Shown here: in pieces, positions 25,035-36,263 of the stretch | Layout: every line of letters begins with the position of its first letter | Position numbering within the stretch: position 1 is the stretch's first letter | Source of the DNA: Macrostomum hystrix | Lineage: Eukaryota > Animalia > Platyhelminthes | Assembly (NCBI GenBank): GCA_950097015.1 | Contig: CATNEN010000041.1 | Span: 3,224,001-3,288,000 of the forward strand | Direction: 5' to 3' | Length of the DNA: 64,000 nt | Made by a program: the position numbers and the translations under genes | The notes under the pieces: generated by a model | Database searches by the model: none | Told to the model about the DNA's origin: nothing | What the model saw: only the letters and a program-made list of their open reading frames with translations

Positions 25035-25520
25035 ACTGTGAACATGCAGGGATACTGAGGACTGTGAACATGGGATACTGAGGACTGTGAACATGGGACA
25101 CTGGGGACTGTGAACATGGGATACTGAGGACTGTGAACATGGGACACTGGGGACTGTGAACATGGGACACTGAGGACTGTAAACATGGGATACTGAGGAC
25201 TGTGAACATGGGATAGTGGGGACTGTGAACATGGGACACTGAGGACTGTGAACATGGGACACTGGGGGCTGTGAACATGGGATACTGAGGACTGTTAACA
25301 TAGGATAGTGGGGACTGTGAACATGGGACACTGGGGACTGTGAACATGGGATAGTGGGGACTGTGAACATGGGACACTGAGGACTGTAAACATGGGATAC
25401 TGAGGACTGTGAACATGGGATAGTGGGGACTGTGAACATGGGACACTGAGGACTGTGAACATGGGACACTGGGGGCTGTGAACATGGGATAGTGGGGACT
25501 GTGAACATGGGACACTGAGA
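25035..25520. repeat. 23-bp minisatellite, ~21 copies
   Basis: Unit ggactgtgaacatggga(c/t)actg(a/g). Confidence 0.95.
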
Positions 25521-26910
25521 CTCGTGCATTGCCTGTCAGTCAGCAGTCGTCCGCAAGCAGCTTTCTCCGTATTTGCTTAGCGAAGGTTGCAAGCCTATGT
25601 GGGCGCTGCAATTTCTTATTTAATGCAGTTTACTTGAAGCTGCTGTATTCATGTGCTCCCAGTCCGTCGAGGCACTGCGGGCCGCGCGCTGACAGCCAAG
25701 CAAACTTCGGGCGCCCTGGGACACAGGTTCGCGCCTCAGTGCACGCTGGCCACGGCTGGGTGATTTTGATGCGTTACTAAGCAAGCGGACGCTGACGGGT
25801 GCCCGGTCCGTCTGAGTTCCCTGTCTCTCCATTGGGAATCGAGTCCCTTCAGCAGATCAGTTTCTGCCTAAAACTTCAGCCCGGAATCCCCGATGCCGGA
25901 TGGAAGTACTCATGGCAGGGCAGGGCTAAACTATTTCAACTTACTGAAATATCTATGAGCTGCAATGACAGCACATCGCACGCAAATAAAAATGCTCGCG
26001 CTGAGTTTGCGCCACTGTCATCGGTGCTGTCGGATCTCTGCAGCCGCAATTTAATGCACGGAGCTGCTTCAAGAGGCAAAGTAGCCGCATTCCTTTACAA
26101 ACACCCTGCAAATGGGGATGCAGGATTATGCAGGATAGACATGCCCACTCCTGAGCTGTGCTCACATGAGTTCCCTTTCACAAACTTGAAGAACAAGAAG
26201 GACAGAGCCAATCATGACCCTTTTCCGATTTTGGTCAAGGACAGCGACGGAGATGGGTGGGTAAGCCAAATGTGTATTTATACTGGAGCGCAGTGCGTGA
26301 CCGACCGAAAGTAAAGCAGAAGGTACAACATTGAGTAATTGCTTCAGGAAAAAGAATAACATTTAGTGTCCAAAGTCTACTGTCCCTTGCTCTCAAATGG
26401 CTATTAGGAGGCCTAAAGTTAGCAGAAAATAGCGTGACTACACCACATACTATATACTCCTACAATAACTAACACACTGTAACAAAATTTTGCAGAAATT
26501 TACAAAAATCCAAAACAATAGCAGTCAGCTCATGCAGAAGGGGTTCAGGGCTTGATTTGAATGGCGCAGATTAGCATGGTAGTGCAACAGAAGGAAACTG
26601 CAGAGTGATAATTCGACTGCGTTTATGGGATTTCGAAAGGGAAGCGGGACGCCTCGACACACAGGTCATGCTACATGTCCCGCATTGCCCGAGTCAGTCC
26701 CAGAATGAACAGGTGCAAACAGCAGGTCTGGTGCAACGATTTGAAAAGATTCCAACGAGTCTGAATTGCCACCAGTTTGTGGGCTCAGCCGAGACGAAGT
26801 CAACAGTGGGAACTGCATCGATACACATCAAAGATCGTACAGAGCATTTCAGACTTGTGGAGAACTTGGGATCAACAACAGTAAAGCAAGTACTGTGAGC
26901 TCCTCGCTGG

Positions 26911-29833
26911 CTACTTGGCCTCGGCCTGAGGCGAGTCGATTTTGACCACCAACACGAGGTAGTAGAGCCAATAGAAGCAGTTGTACAGCAGGAAGCAGGC
27001 CGGGAACAGGAAGCGGCTGTACGCATCGATGTCCGAGTCCGGCGCCGGCACGGGAGATGGCGGACTGCCGCCCTTGGCGACACCGCCGCCGACGCCGCCC
27101 TCCTCAACACTGACGGCCAGGAGATCCTCGAGCTCCTCTGGGAAGCCGGGGTAGCCATGGCCGCCGCCGAGGTGGCCGCAGGGCAGGCCGGGCGGAGGTC
27201 CGCGGATTACGGCGAGGCGCTGCAGCTCGGAGCGGACCACATTGCGGATCTCCTGCTGCCAGCTCTCCATCTTGGTGCGCCTGGCGCGGAATGAGGCAAC
27301 CGCAAACTCGATCAGGGCACCGATGACAAACATGATGCTGGCGATGATCCAGATGTCGATGGCCTTGATGTAGGCCACTCTGTGGGAGTTGGAGGGATGG
27401 AATTCAGAACAGAGTTTTGAACAATATTGAAGACCATTGCAAATGCACTGGCAGCCGAACGAAAATCTTCACTGGCAAATGGCGAAGCGGGGCAGAAGCG
27501 CCAAAACCCCTGCGATTTCGTCTTAAACAGACTCCCCGTAGCTGCAGTTTCGCAGCTTAGCAACTCCCCCGGCCAGGAGTTGGGAACTGCAGACAGCGGA
27601 GAAGGGAGGCCGACGGAAAGTGGCGGGCACGGCGGGTTGGCCGGAGCTCCGCCGGCACAGCCTTACTCCTCCCCAGTAAGTCAGGGTCTGTTGGCAAAGG
27701 TCTCGGTGGCATGCTCAATACTCCGCAGCGGGCAGTCCACAATCCCAACTGTGGGATCTGCGCCCAGCCCAGCTGCGTGAGGGGTTGCGGGGCTGGCTGG
27801 GCTCGGCTCCAGTGGCGACGGGATTAGGATGGCCGGATTAGCGCAGGGCGCTGGCAGCCTCCATTAACCCGGGCCGCGAAATTCGCCAATTCGTGCCGTG
27901 GCCGAGGAAATTGGCAGTTTTAAAGAGCCTGTTAATCAGGCGGCCGATCGAGGCAACCAGCCCGCCCAGCGCTAATGAGATGGCCTGCCCGGCTCCCTGC
28001 TGCCGCCTGTGCCAGCTTTGATCTCGTCTTCCACGGCCCGCTGAACCTCTCCACTGAAGTGGCATTTTAGTAAAATAATTTATTTTTAGCACTCCATCTG
28101 CTGCTCTTTTACTTTAAAGTTTGCTTGGCCAGGTGGAAATCAGTACGACTCAATTCAGAGCCATGTGGAACAGGTAAATCTGTTTTTTTCAGAGTGAAGA
28201 ATGCCGAGCCACAACCACAACATGAGTAGTAGTGATGGTTCTCATATCCCAACTGCACAATTCGAAGGTTTAGAGTTAATTCATGCTCATAGTGCAGGTC
28301 CTTAGAAATAGATGAACTCCTCACTGTGGAAGCCTGGGTGCGTGAGCATCTGCATGCCCTACCTGGGAAGGTTGGCCATCACTGTGGAAGCCTGGGTGCG
28401 TGAGCATTTGCATGCCCTACCTGGGAAGGTTGGCCATCACGGTGGAGGCCTGGGTGTGTGAGCATCTGCATGCCCTACCTGGGAAGGTTGGCCATCACGG
28501 TGGAGGCCTGGGTGTGTGAGCATCTGCATGCCCTACCTGGGAAGGTTGGCCATCACGGTGGAGGCCTGGGTGTGTGAGCATCTGCATGCCCTACCTGGGA
28601 AGGTTGGCCATCACGGTAAAGGCCTGGGTGTGTGAGCATCTGCATGCCCTACCTGGGAAGGTTGGCCATCACGGTGGAGGCCTGGGTGTGTGAGCATCTG
28701 CATGTCCTACCTGGGAAGGTTGGCCATCACGGTGGAGGCCTGGGTGTGTGAGCATCTGCATGCCCTACCTGGGAAGGTTGGCCATCACGGTGGAGGCCTG
28801 GGTGTGTGAGCATCTGCATGCCCTACCTGGGAAGGTTGGCCATCACGGTGGAGGCCTGGGTGAGGATACCCAGCAGCGTGAGGAGGCCTAGAGTAACCCT
28901 GGCGGGCACAGCCTCGATATTGACCCAGAAGCTGAGCCAGCTGACAGCGATGATGAGGATGGCGGGAATGTAGGTGCCAGCCAGGTAGCTGCTGAGTTGT
29001 CGCTCCAGTTTGAAGATGGCCTTCAGGCAAGCGTAGCTGCCTGTGCTGGTGGCGCTGCCCTGAGTACAGTCCTCAACCGTGACGAACGCAGGCGTGTTGA
29101 ACTCGGAGATCTGCATGGAGTGGTCCAGCTCCACCGCTTCTTTAGAGCCGTCCCGCTTCCACTTAAACAACAGGTTTCTTGTTGTGTAGCCGTAGCTGCC
29201 AATGTTCACGAAGCAGGTCTGTGTGTCCATTGGGAACGTCTGCAGTTGCATCTGACAGGAGAACTTCATGGTCACTTTCTGAGAGTACAGGATCTGACCG
29301 TCCGGCTCAACCCTGATTAAGTAGTTTGGTTGCGTCATTGCGTGCAGATAGCCTTCCTTGCCGTTGCGAAAGAAGAGATCTGGGAGCCACAGGTGCTCTT
29401 TTTTTGCAGGAATCGCGATGGACTCGTTGTAGAAGCCGAAGTCTTTGTGCTGATCCCAGCGAAGCCGAGTGTCCTTCCAGAACTGGCGCAGGTACATGTC
29501 AAGTGTGAACTCCATGTTGATGACGTCCACCTTGTTGATGCTGAGGATCTTCATGTTCACGTCCACTTCTGTGGATGGCTGGACTGGCTTTCTGGAACCG
29601 GAGACGTCCTGGACAGGCGTCACTGGTCGTCCGTCCGCGTGTGGCGGCATCTCCACGGGTCTCTGGTGCTTGTTATAGCCTCGGAAAATTGCCTCTACGA
29701 TGCGGTCCACAATGTTGGTGTAATTCGGCCGCGTCACCGCATAACCCAGCGTGGTCGAGGCGTCTTCTGCCGCAGAGACCGCCGCGGCCGCAGCCGCGAG
29801 CAGAGCGTAGAGCAGCCGGCACCGCAAGCGCAT
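26911..29833 (-). CDS. Cys-loop ligand-gated anion channel subunit A (GluCl/glycine-receptor-like), 491 aa
   Basis: Exon 29833-28827 carries a signal peptide, the Cys-loop CQMQLQTFPMDTQTC, a loop-C Cys pair (DCTQGSATSTGSYACL), M1 and M2 with the anion-selective PAR motif. A phase-2 GTAGGG donor joins AG at 27381-27380. Exon 27379-26911 encodes M3 (VAYIKAIDIW...LIEFA) and M4 (DIDAYSRFLFPACFLLYNCFYW). Confidence 0.95.
28320..28860. repeat. 58-bp minisatellite spanning the channel-A exon end and 5' splice site, ~9 copies
   Basis: Minus-strand unit gcctccaccgtgatggccaaccttcccag|gtagggcatgcagatgctcacacacccag. Confidence 0.95.
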
Positions 29834-30529
29834 GGAGCCGCAGCCGCCACAATGGCTCCGCAGCCTGTCAGTCCGTTACTGTTCCGGAGTCGCGGAGCTC
29901 TCAGGAGAGGCAGGCAGGCTGAGCCGGGTCAGCAGTTGTCAGCGCTCTGTCAGGCCGCTCCGGGGCTAATGGCTATGTGCAACTTTTTCCTGAGCTGCGA
30001 TGCCTGCAGCAGTGAGCCGGGGGCGCTGCTGTTCTTATCTATCCATCTCCTATATCTGCATTTCTGGGGATCAGGCTCATCCAGAAACTCTTATCCCTGT
30101 CTCCGCACTCAGTCCCTCTTTCCCCTGCAGCGGGTCCCCGGGTCGCATCTGCACTGGCAGAGCCAATGGCCGGGGCTGGGACTCGGGGCTGAGTGCCCAC
30201 GGACCGGACAGCCCAACTGTTTTAATCCCCACCCTCTCAACCCGCAAAGCGCGTGCTGGTTTATCCCCGCTCCCCACCCGCATCGCATTGTCACCCACCG
30301 CCTGTCCGGTAGGAATTTCATCTCCTGTCCTGTCAGCCCAAAACAAAGGCCTCTGCCCCGCTCCATCCATTGCCACATTCTCTGAGAGCCGCCTGAGCGG
30401 GCCGGTTTTGTCCGGATTTGGCCTCTGTCATTGCCCTCCCATATTGCGCACAAGACGGTCTCAGTGCCAGAAGCGGATGCCAAGAGCTCTTTAGTGCGGG
30501 ACCCTGGCAACCCTGAAGCCTTGAATGCA

Positions 30530-31910
30530 TCTCACTGCTCCATTCATTGAATTCATATCTCACTGCACCAGTGAATTCCCATCTCACTGCACCAGTGCAT
30601 TCCCATCTCACTGCACCAGTGAATTCCCATCTCACTGCACCAGTGAATTCCCATCTCACTGCACTAGTTCATTCCCATCTCACTGCAACAGTGCATTCCC
30701 ATCTCACTGCACCAGTTCATTCCCATCTCACTGCTCCATTCATTGAATTCATATCTCACTGCACCAGTGAATTCCCATCTCACTGCACTAGTTCATTCCC
30801 ATCTCACTGCACCAGTGCATTCCCATCTCACTGCACCAGTTCATTCCCATCTCACTGCACTAGTTCATTCCCATCTCACTGCACCAGTTCATTCCCATCT
30901 CCCTGCACTAGTTCATTCCCATCTCACTGCACTAGTTCATTCCCATCTCACTGCACTAGTTCATTCCCATCTCACTGCACTAGTTCATTCCCATCTCACT
31001 GCACTAGTTCATTCCCATCTCACTGCACTAGTTCATTCCCATCTCACTGCACTAGTTCATTCCCATCTCACTGCACCAGTTCATTCCCATCTCCCTGCAC
31101 TAGTTCATTCCCATCTCACTGCACTAGTTCATTCCCATCTCACTGCACTAGTTCATTCCCATCTCACTGCACTAGTTCATTCCCATCTCACTGCACTAGT
31201 TCATTCCCATCTCACTGCACTAGTTCATTCCCATCTCACTGCACTAGTTCATTCCCATCTCACTGCACCAGTTCATTCCCATCTCACTGCACTAGTTCAT
31301 TCCCATCTCTCTGCACTAGTTCATTCCCATCTCACTGCACTAGTTCATTCCCATCTCACTGCACCAGTTCATTCCCATCTCACTGCACTAGTTCATTCCC
31401 ATCTCACTGCACCAGTGCATTCCCATCTCACTGCACCAGTGCATTCCCATCTCACTGCACTAGTTCATTCCCATCTCACTGCACCAGTGCATTCCCATCT
31501 CACTGTACCAGCCAGTGCATTCCCATCTCACTGCACCGGTGCATTCCCATCTCAATGTACCAGCCAGTGCATTCCCATCTCACTGTACCAGCCAGTACAT
31601 TCACATCTAACTGTACCAGCCAGTACATTCCCATCTAACTGTACCAGCCAGTGCATTCCCATCTAACTGTACCAGCCAGTGCATTCCCATCTAACTGTAC
31701 CAGCCAGTGCATTCCCATCTAACTGTACCAGCCAGTGCATTCCCATCTAACTGTACCAGCCAGTGCATTCCCATCTAACTGTACCAGCCAGTGCATTCCC
31801 ATCTAACTGTACCAGCCAGTGCATTCCCATCTAACTGTACCAGCCAGTGCATTCCCATCTCACTGTACCAGCCAGTGCATTCCCATCTAACTGTACCAGC
31901 CAGTGCATTC
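30530..31910. repeat. 24-bp minisatellite grading into a 28-bp derivative
   Basis: gcactagttcattcccatctcact to ~31500, then gtaccagccagtgcattcccatctaact. Confidence 0.95.
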
Positions 31911-31976
31911 GCGTATCACGGCTGCTTGTTCCGCAGGCAAAATAAATTTAGGCATTTTTTAGCAATGCTCAACCCC

Positions 31977-32263
31977 ATAATAATAATAATAATTGATTAC
32001 ACCTGTCCGATTGGGCCAGATGTGCAGCCGACAGCACAGCCACAGCTATTGCGCGGCACATCTGAAGGCTGCGTACGGCTGATCAGTCCATGGACACCCA
32101 CCTTCAATTATCCCAGCTGATGCTGGTACCCAATTAACAGCTTGGTGAACTGAAGCAATGCAGAGTTAAGTGTCTTGCTAAAGGACACAAATTGTTCACG
32201 TGGAGTCGGGAATCGAACCCCGAACTTTAAGTCGTGAGTCCGACGCTCTAACCACAAGGCTAC
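31977..32263 (-). mobile_element. tRNA-derived CORE-type SINE
   Basis: On the minus strand: A box TAGCCTTGTGG, B box GGTTCGATTCC, then gtgtcctttagcaagacacttaactctg...gcttcagttcaccaagctgttaattggg resembling the CORE domain (GTGACCTTGGGCAAGTCACTTAACCTCT...CCTCAGTTTCCTCATCTGTAAAATGGG), and a (TTA)n tail at ~31977-31995. Confidence 0.75.
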
Positions 32264-32939
32264 AACATCGTCAACTACAACACATCATCATCATCAACTA
32301 CTACAACATCAACCCCAACAACACTACTTAATATCAGTAGCGAAGACCGCACGCGCTGCCACTAGCAAAATTCTCACGAAAAGAATCCTGTTAGGTACTT
32401 CTTTTCCCGGACCGCTAAATCTAAGGGAAGTGAAAAGACTGGCAGTCACTCAGCTCCGCCTGTCACGGGACGGTCCTCATGCAGTGCTGAGTTCGCATGA
32501 ATGAGCGCAAAAGTTCCCCAGCGAGCACTGCAGCTCTGCGCTCACTGCCTGAGCGCCTGGCTGACATGCAGCCATCAAGCAAAAAGTACATTGGGCTGTC
32601 ACGGAGTCTGCAACCCATGCGACTGGATTTTTCTGGCCTCTTGAGCTTGATCTCAGATTCTGTGCTGAAGTACTGAGCTCTGAGGAATTGAGTCAGATGA
32701 AAATACATTACTCATTGTTAGTGCTAACCTTTCTCACCGCTGGTATAGCCGCGGTCCAGAGACTAATATTGAAATCCAATCCTGCACCGGCAACCAATAA
32801 ACTATATTTTCTCAAGGCCTGGAAGGCAGCCTAGAGGCAGGCCAGTTCACTGTCTGCACTTCCAAGCTGATGGTCAGCAAGTACTGTCTCACTGAGCAAG
32901 AAAGAACTGTATTCAAAGTCATGCCTGCCACCTGACTGG

Positions 32940-33270
32940 ACTTGATGACAGATCTGACACCCAGAACTCCATCAAGCAAGACTTGATGACAGATCTGACG
33001 CCCAGAACTCCATCAAGCAAGACTTGATGACAGATCTGACGCCCAGAACTCCATCAAGCAAGACTTGATGACAGATCTGACGCCCAGAACTCCATCAAGC
33101 AAGACTTGATGACAGATCTGACACCCAGAACTCCATCAAGCAAGACTTGATGACAGATCTGACGCCCAGAACTCTATCAAGCAACACTTGATGACAGATC
33201 TGACGCCCAGAACTCTATCAAGCAACACTTGATGACAGATCTGACGCCCAGAACTCTATCAAGCAACGAG
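32940..33270. repeat. 41-bp minisatellite, ~8 copies
   Basis: Unit gacttgatgacagatctgacgcccagaactccatcaagcaa. Confidence 0.95.
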
Positions 33271-33747
33271 AAAGCAAATGACCTTGAATAATAAAGTACT
33301 CGAAGAAATAATTGCTCTTTGAGAAGCCTCTTATTAGAATGAAAAGAGCCTGAGCTGCTCTGCTGAGCACTGGCCAGTGATGGCCGGCATCCCACCGCGA
33401 TCTCCAGCTCTTCAAAGCCCTCCGTTTCCGCACGGCTGCTCAGCCATGCTCAGTCCTTAGCTCAAAATTCCTGAGCACACCCAAGAGCACTTTGCCCCAT
33501 TCGCAATTCCCGGTCCAGAAATCCCAGTTTGCCAAGCGAGGCCATTCCTTCTTTTGTCTGAAATCTAGCCGGCTGAGCTGCGGCTGTTTGAACTGCAGTT
33601 ACTCCCGACTCGGGCTCTCTCCTAGCTGGACTCTGCAGACTCAGAGCTGCTTTGAATAAATTCTCAGAGTACAGTCTAAACTGCCGCACCACTCTGCTCT
33701 GTTTAACTTGCGTGACCCATCTGAGTAGCATGAACCGTTTGAGTTGC

Positions 33748-33925
33748 CATCTGGTCTGGTGGCAATCTGGTCTGGTGGCAATCTGGTCTGGTGGCAATCT
33801 GGTCTGGTGGCAATCTGGTCTGGTGGCAATCTGGTCTGGTGGCAATCTGGTCTGGTGGCAATCTGCTGTGGTGGCAATCTGGTCTCATGGCAATCTGGTC
33901 TGATGGCAGTCTGGTCTGGTGGCAA
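33748..33925. repeat. 16-bp minisatellite, ~11 copies
   Basis: Unit atctggtctggtggca. Confidence 0.95.
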
Positions 33926-34589
33926 GATGCTATTTTGCACAGAGATGCGAAACAGAGATGCGACAGCACAGGCAGTGAAGGAGCTAGGCTAGATTTGTGC
34001 TTGGTTTAGCTGGTGCTAAATTTACTTTTAAAGTACCAGCTTATTAATATTGTTTGACAAACTGAGGTCAAAGCCGACTTGCAGTGATAGCTTTTACAGT
34101 CCACAACAGTTTCGTGCAATAATTTTGAATTCTAGCCACAAATGTTAATATGACAGGGCTTTATTTCGCACTGCTGAGATGTGAACTCAAATGGTGAGAG
34201 GTAAGAAAAGCTGGCATTTGCGAGGCCAGGCCGCGGAGCTGTAGGCACCCAGTTACTGGAGAGCCGCAAGATGAGCTCTAGCGGCGCTGAGCCAGCCCTG
34301 AGCCCCCATCCCCCCGCGCCTGCACACGCTCCGTGCAGCATAAATAATAAATTATCAGGTGCCGAGACCTCTTCACCTGGGTGTATACACGCTGTGCCTG
34401 ACGGCTGAGCTCACTCAACAAATCCGGCAGTACTTGATGAAGCCAGGCCGGGGCTAATCTGCCAGCTTCTCGATTTTCGGCGTTTATAGGGCCGAAAATT
34501 TAAAGGCGCTGGGCTGTTAATCTGGGTGCGTGTTTGGCGCTTGGAGAACCTCCGAAAAAGGGAACCAAACCACAGTTCCAAGCTGTGGG

Positions 34590-35222
34590 GGAGGGAATGG
34601 ACAACACTGCAACCTGATGGGCAGGGAATGGACAATACTGCAACCTGATGGGCAGGGAATGGACAATACTGCAACCTGATGGGCAGGGAATGGACAACAC
34701 TGCAACCTGATGGGCAGGGAATGGACAACACTGCAACCTGATGGGCAGGGAATGGACAATACTGCAACCTGATGGGCAGGGAATGGACAATACTGCAACC
34801 TGATGGGCAGGGAATGGACAATACTGCAACCTGATGGGCAGGGAATGGACAACACTGCAACCTGATGGGCAGGGAATGGACAACACTGCAACCTGATTGG
34901 CAGGGAATGGACAATACTGCAACCTGATGGGCAGGGAATGGACAATACTGCAACCTGATGGGCAGGGAATGGACAACACTGCAACCTGATGGGCAGGGAA
35001 TGGACAACACTGCAACCTGATGGGCAGGGAATGGACAACACTGCAACCTGATGGGCAGGGAATGGACAATACTGCAACCTGATGGGCAGGGAATGGACAA
35101 TACTGCAACCTGATGGGCAGGGAATGGACAACACTGCAACCTGATGGGCAGGGAATGGACAACACTGCAACCTGATGGGCAGGGAATGGACAATACTGCA
35201 TCCTGATGAGCAGGGAATGGAC
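34590..35222. repeat. 31-bp minisatellite, ~20 copies
   Basis: Unit gggcagggaatggacaa(c/t)actgcaacctgat. Confidence 0.95.
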
Positions 35223-35319
35223 ACAATTTTTCAAGGTAAGTAGTCAAAACCAATTATCTTCGAATTTGGAAATTTGAAATGTGTCATCCTTGGACCATTA
35301 GCAGGAAGCCAGGGCTTAC

Positions 35320-36263
35320 CTTGGTAGGTTGTTGATGACGGACATGCCCTGGGTGAGGATGCCCAGCAGGGTGAGCAGGCCCAGGGAGACCCTGGCGGGC
35401 ACAGCCTCGATGCTGATCCAGAAATTGAGCCAGGACACGGCCACGATAAGGATGGCGGGGATATAGGTCCCTGACAGGTAGCTGCCCAGCTGCCGCTCCA
35501 GTTTGAAGATGGCCTTCAGACAAGCGTAGCTGCCTGTGCTGGTGGCGCTGCCCTGAGTACAGTCCAGACTCTGGGCGAACGCAGGCGTGTTGAACTCGGA
35601 GATCTGCATGGAGTGGTCCAGCTCTACTGGGTCCTTGGAGCCGTCCCGCTTCCACTTAAACAACAGGTTTCTTGTGGTGTAGCCGTAGCTGCCAATGTTC
35701 ACGAAGCAGGTCTGTGTGTCCATTGGGAACGTCTGCAGTTGCATCTGACAGGAGAACTTCATGGTCACTTTCTGAGAGTACAGGATCTGACCGTCCGGCT
35801 CAACCCTGATTAAGTAGTTTGGTTGCGTCATTTTATGCAGATAGCCTTCCTTGCCGTTGCGAAAGAAGAGATCTGGGAGCCACAGGTGCTCTTTTTTTGC
35901 AGGAATCGCGATGGACTCGTTGTAGAAGCTGAAGTCCTTGTGCTGATCCCAGCGCAGCCGAGTGTCCTTCCAGAACTGGCGCAGGTACATGTCAAGTGTG
36001 AACTCCATGTTGATGACGTCCACCTTGTTGATGCTGAGGATCTTCATGTTCACATCGACGGCCGTTGAGTCCTCTTCGATGGTGCCGTCTGGTTTCTGCC
36101 TGCTCGCTGGCACGGGGCGCTGGTGCTTGTTGTAGCCGCGGAAGATGTGGAACACGATGCGATCCACAATGTTCGTATAGTTGGGCGTGCCACCACAGTC
36201 GCCGCCCAGCGGGCAGGCCAGCAGAGCAGCCAGCAACGACAGAAGCAGCCGCGATGGCGCCAT
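35320..36263 (-). CDS. Cys-loop anion channel first exon B (signal peptide + ECD + M1-M2); no dedicated M3-M4 exon found
   Basis: Intact 944-nt reading frame paralogous to 29833-28827, ending at the same codon and phase (NLP-AG|GTAAGC). No KAIDIW/M3/M4 sequence was seen between 35319 and 29834. Confidence 0.9.

Noticed and set aside
25799-26314. 171-aa plus-strand ORF
   Set aside because: GTG start, no recognisable motif or splice context; lies in the probable 3' flank of the channel gene
29330-30385. 351-aa plus-strand ORF and similar antisense ORFs over the GC-rich genes (e.g. 56692-58378)
   Set aside because: Antisense shadows of real coding exons
32697-32834. 45-aa ORF with a signal-peptide-like start (MKIHYSLLVLTFLTAGIAA)
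   Set aside because: Short, with no cleavage or amidation motifs or other support; compatible with chance
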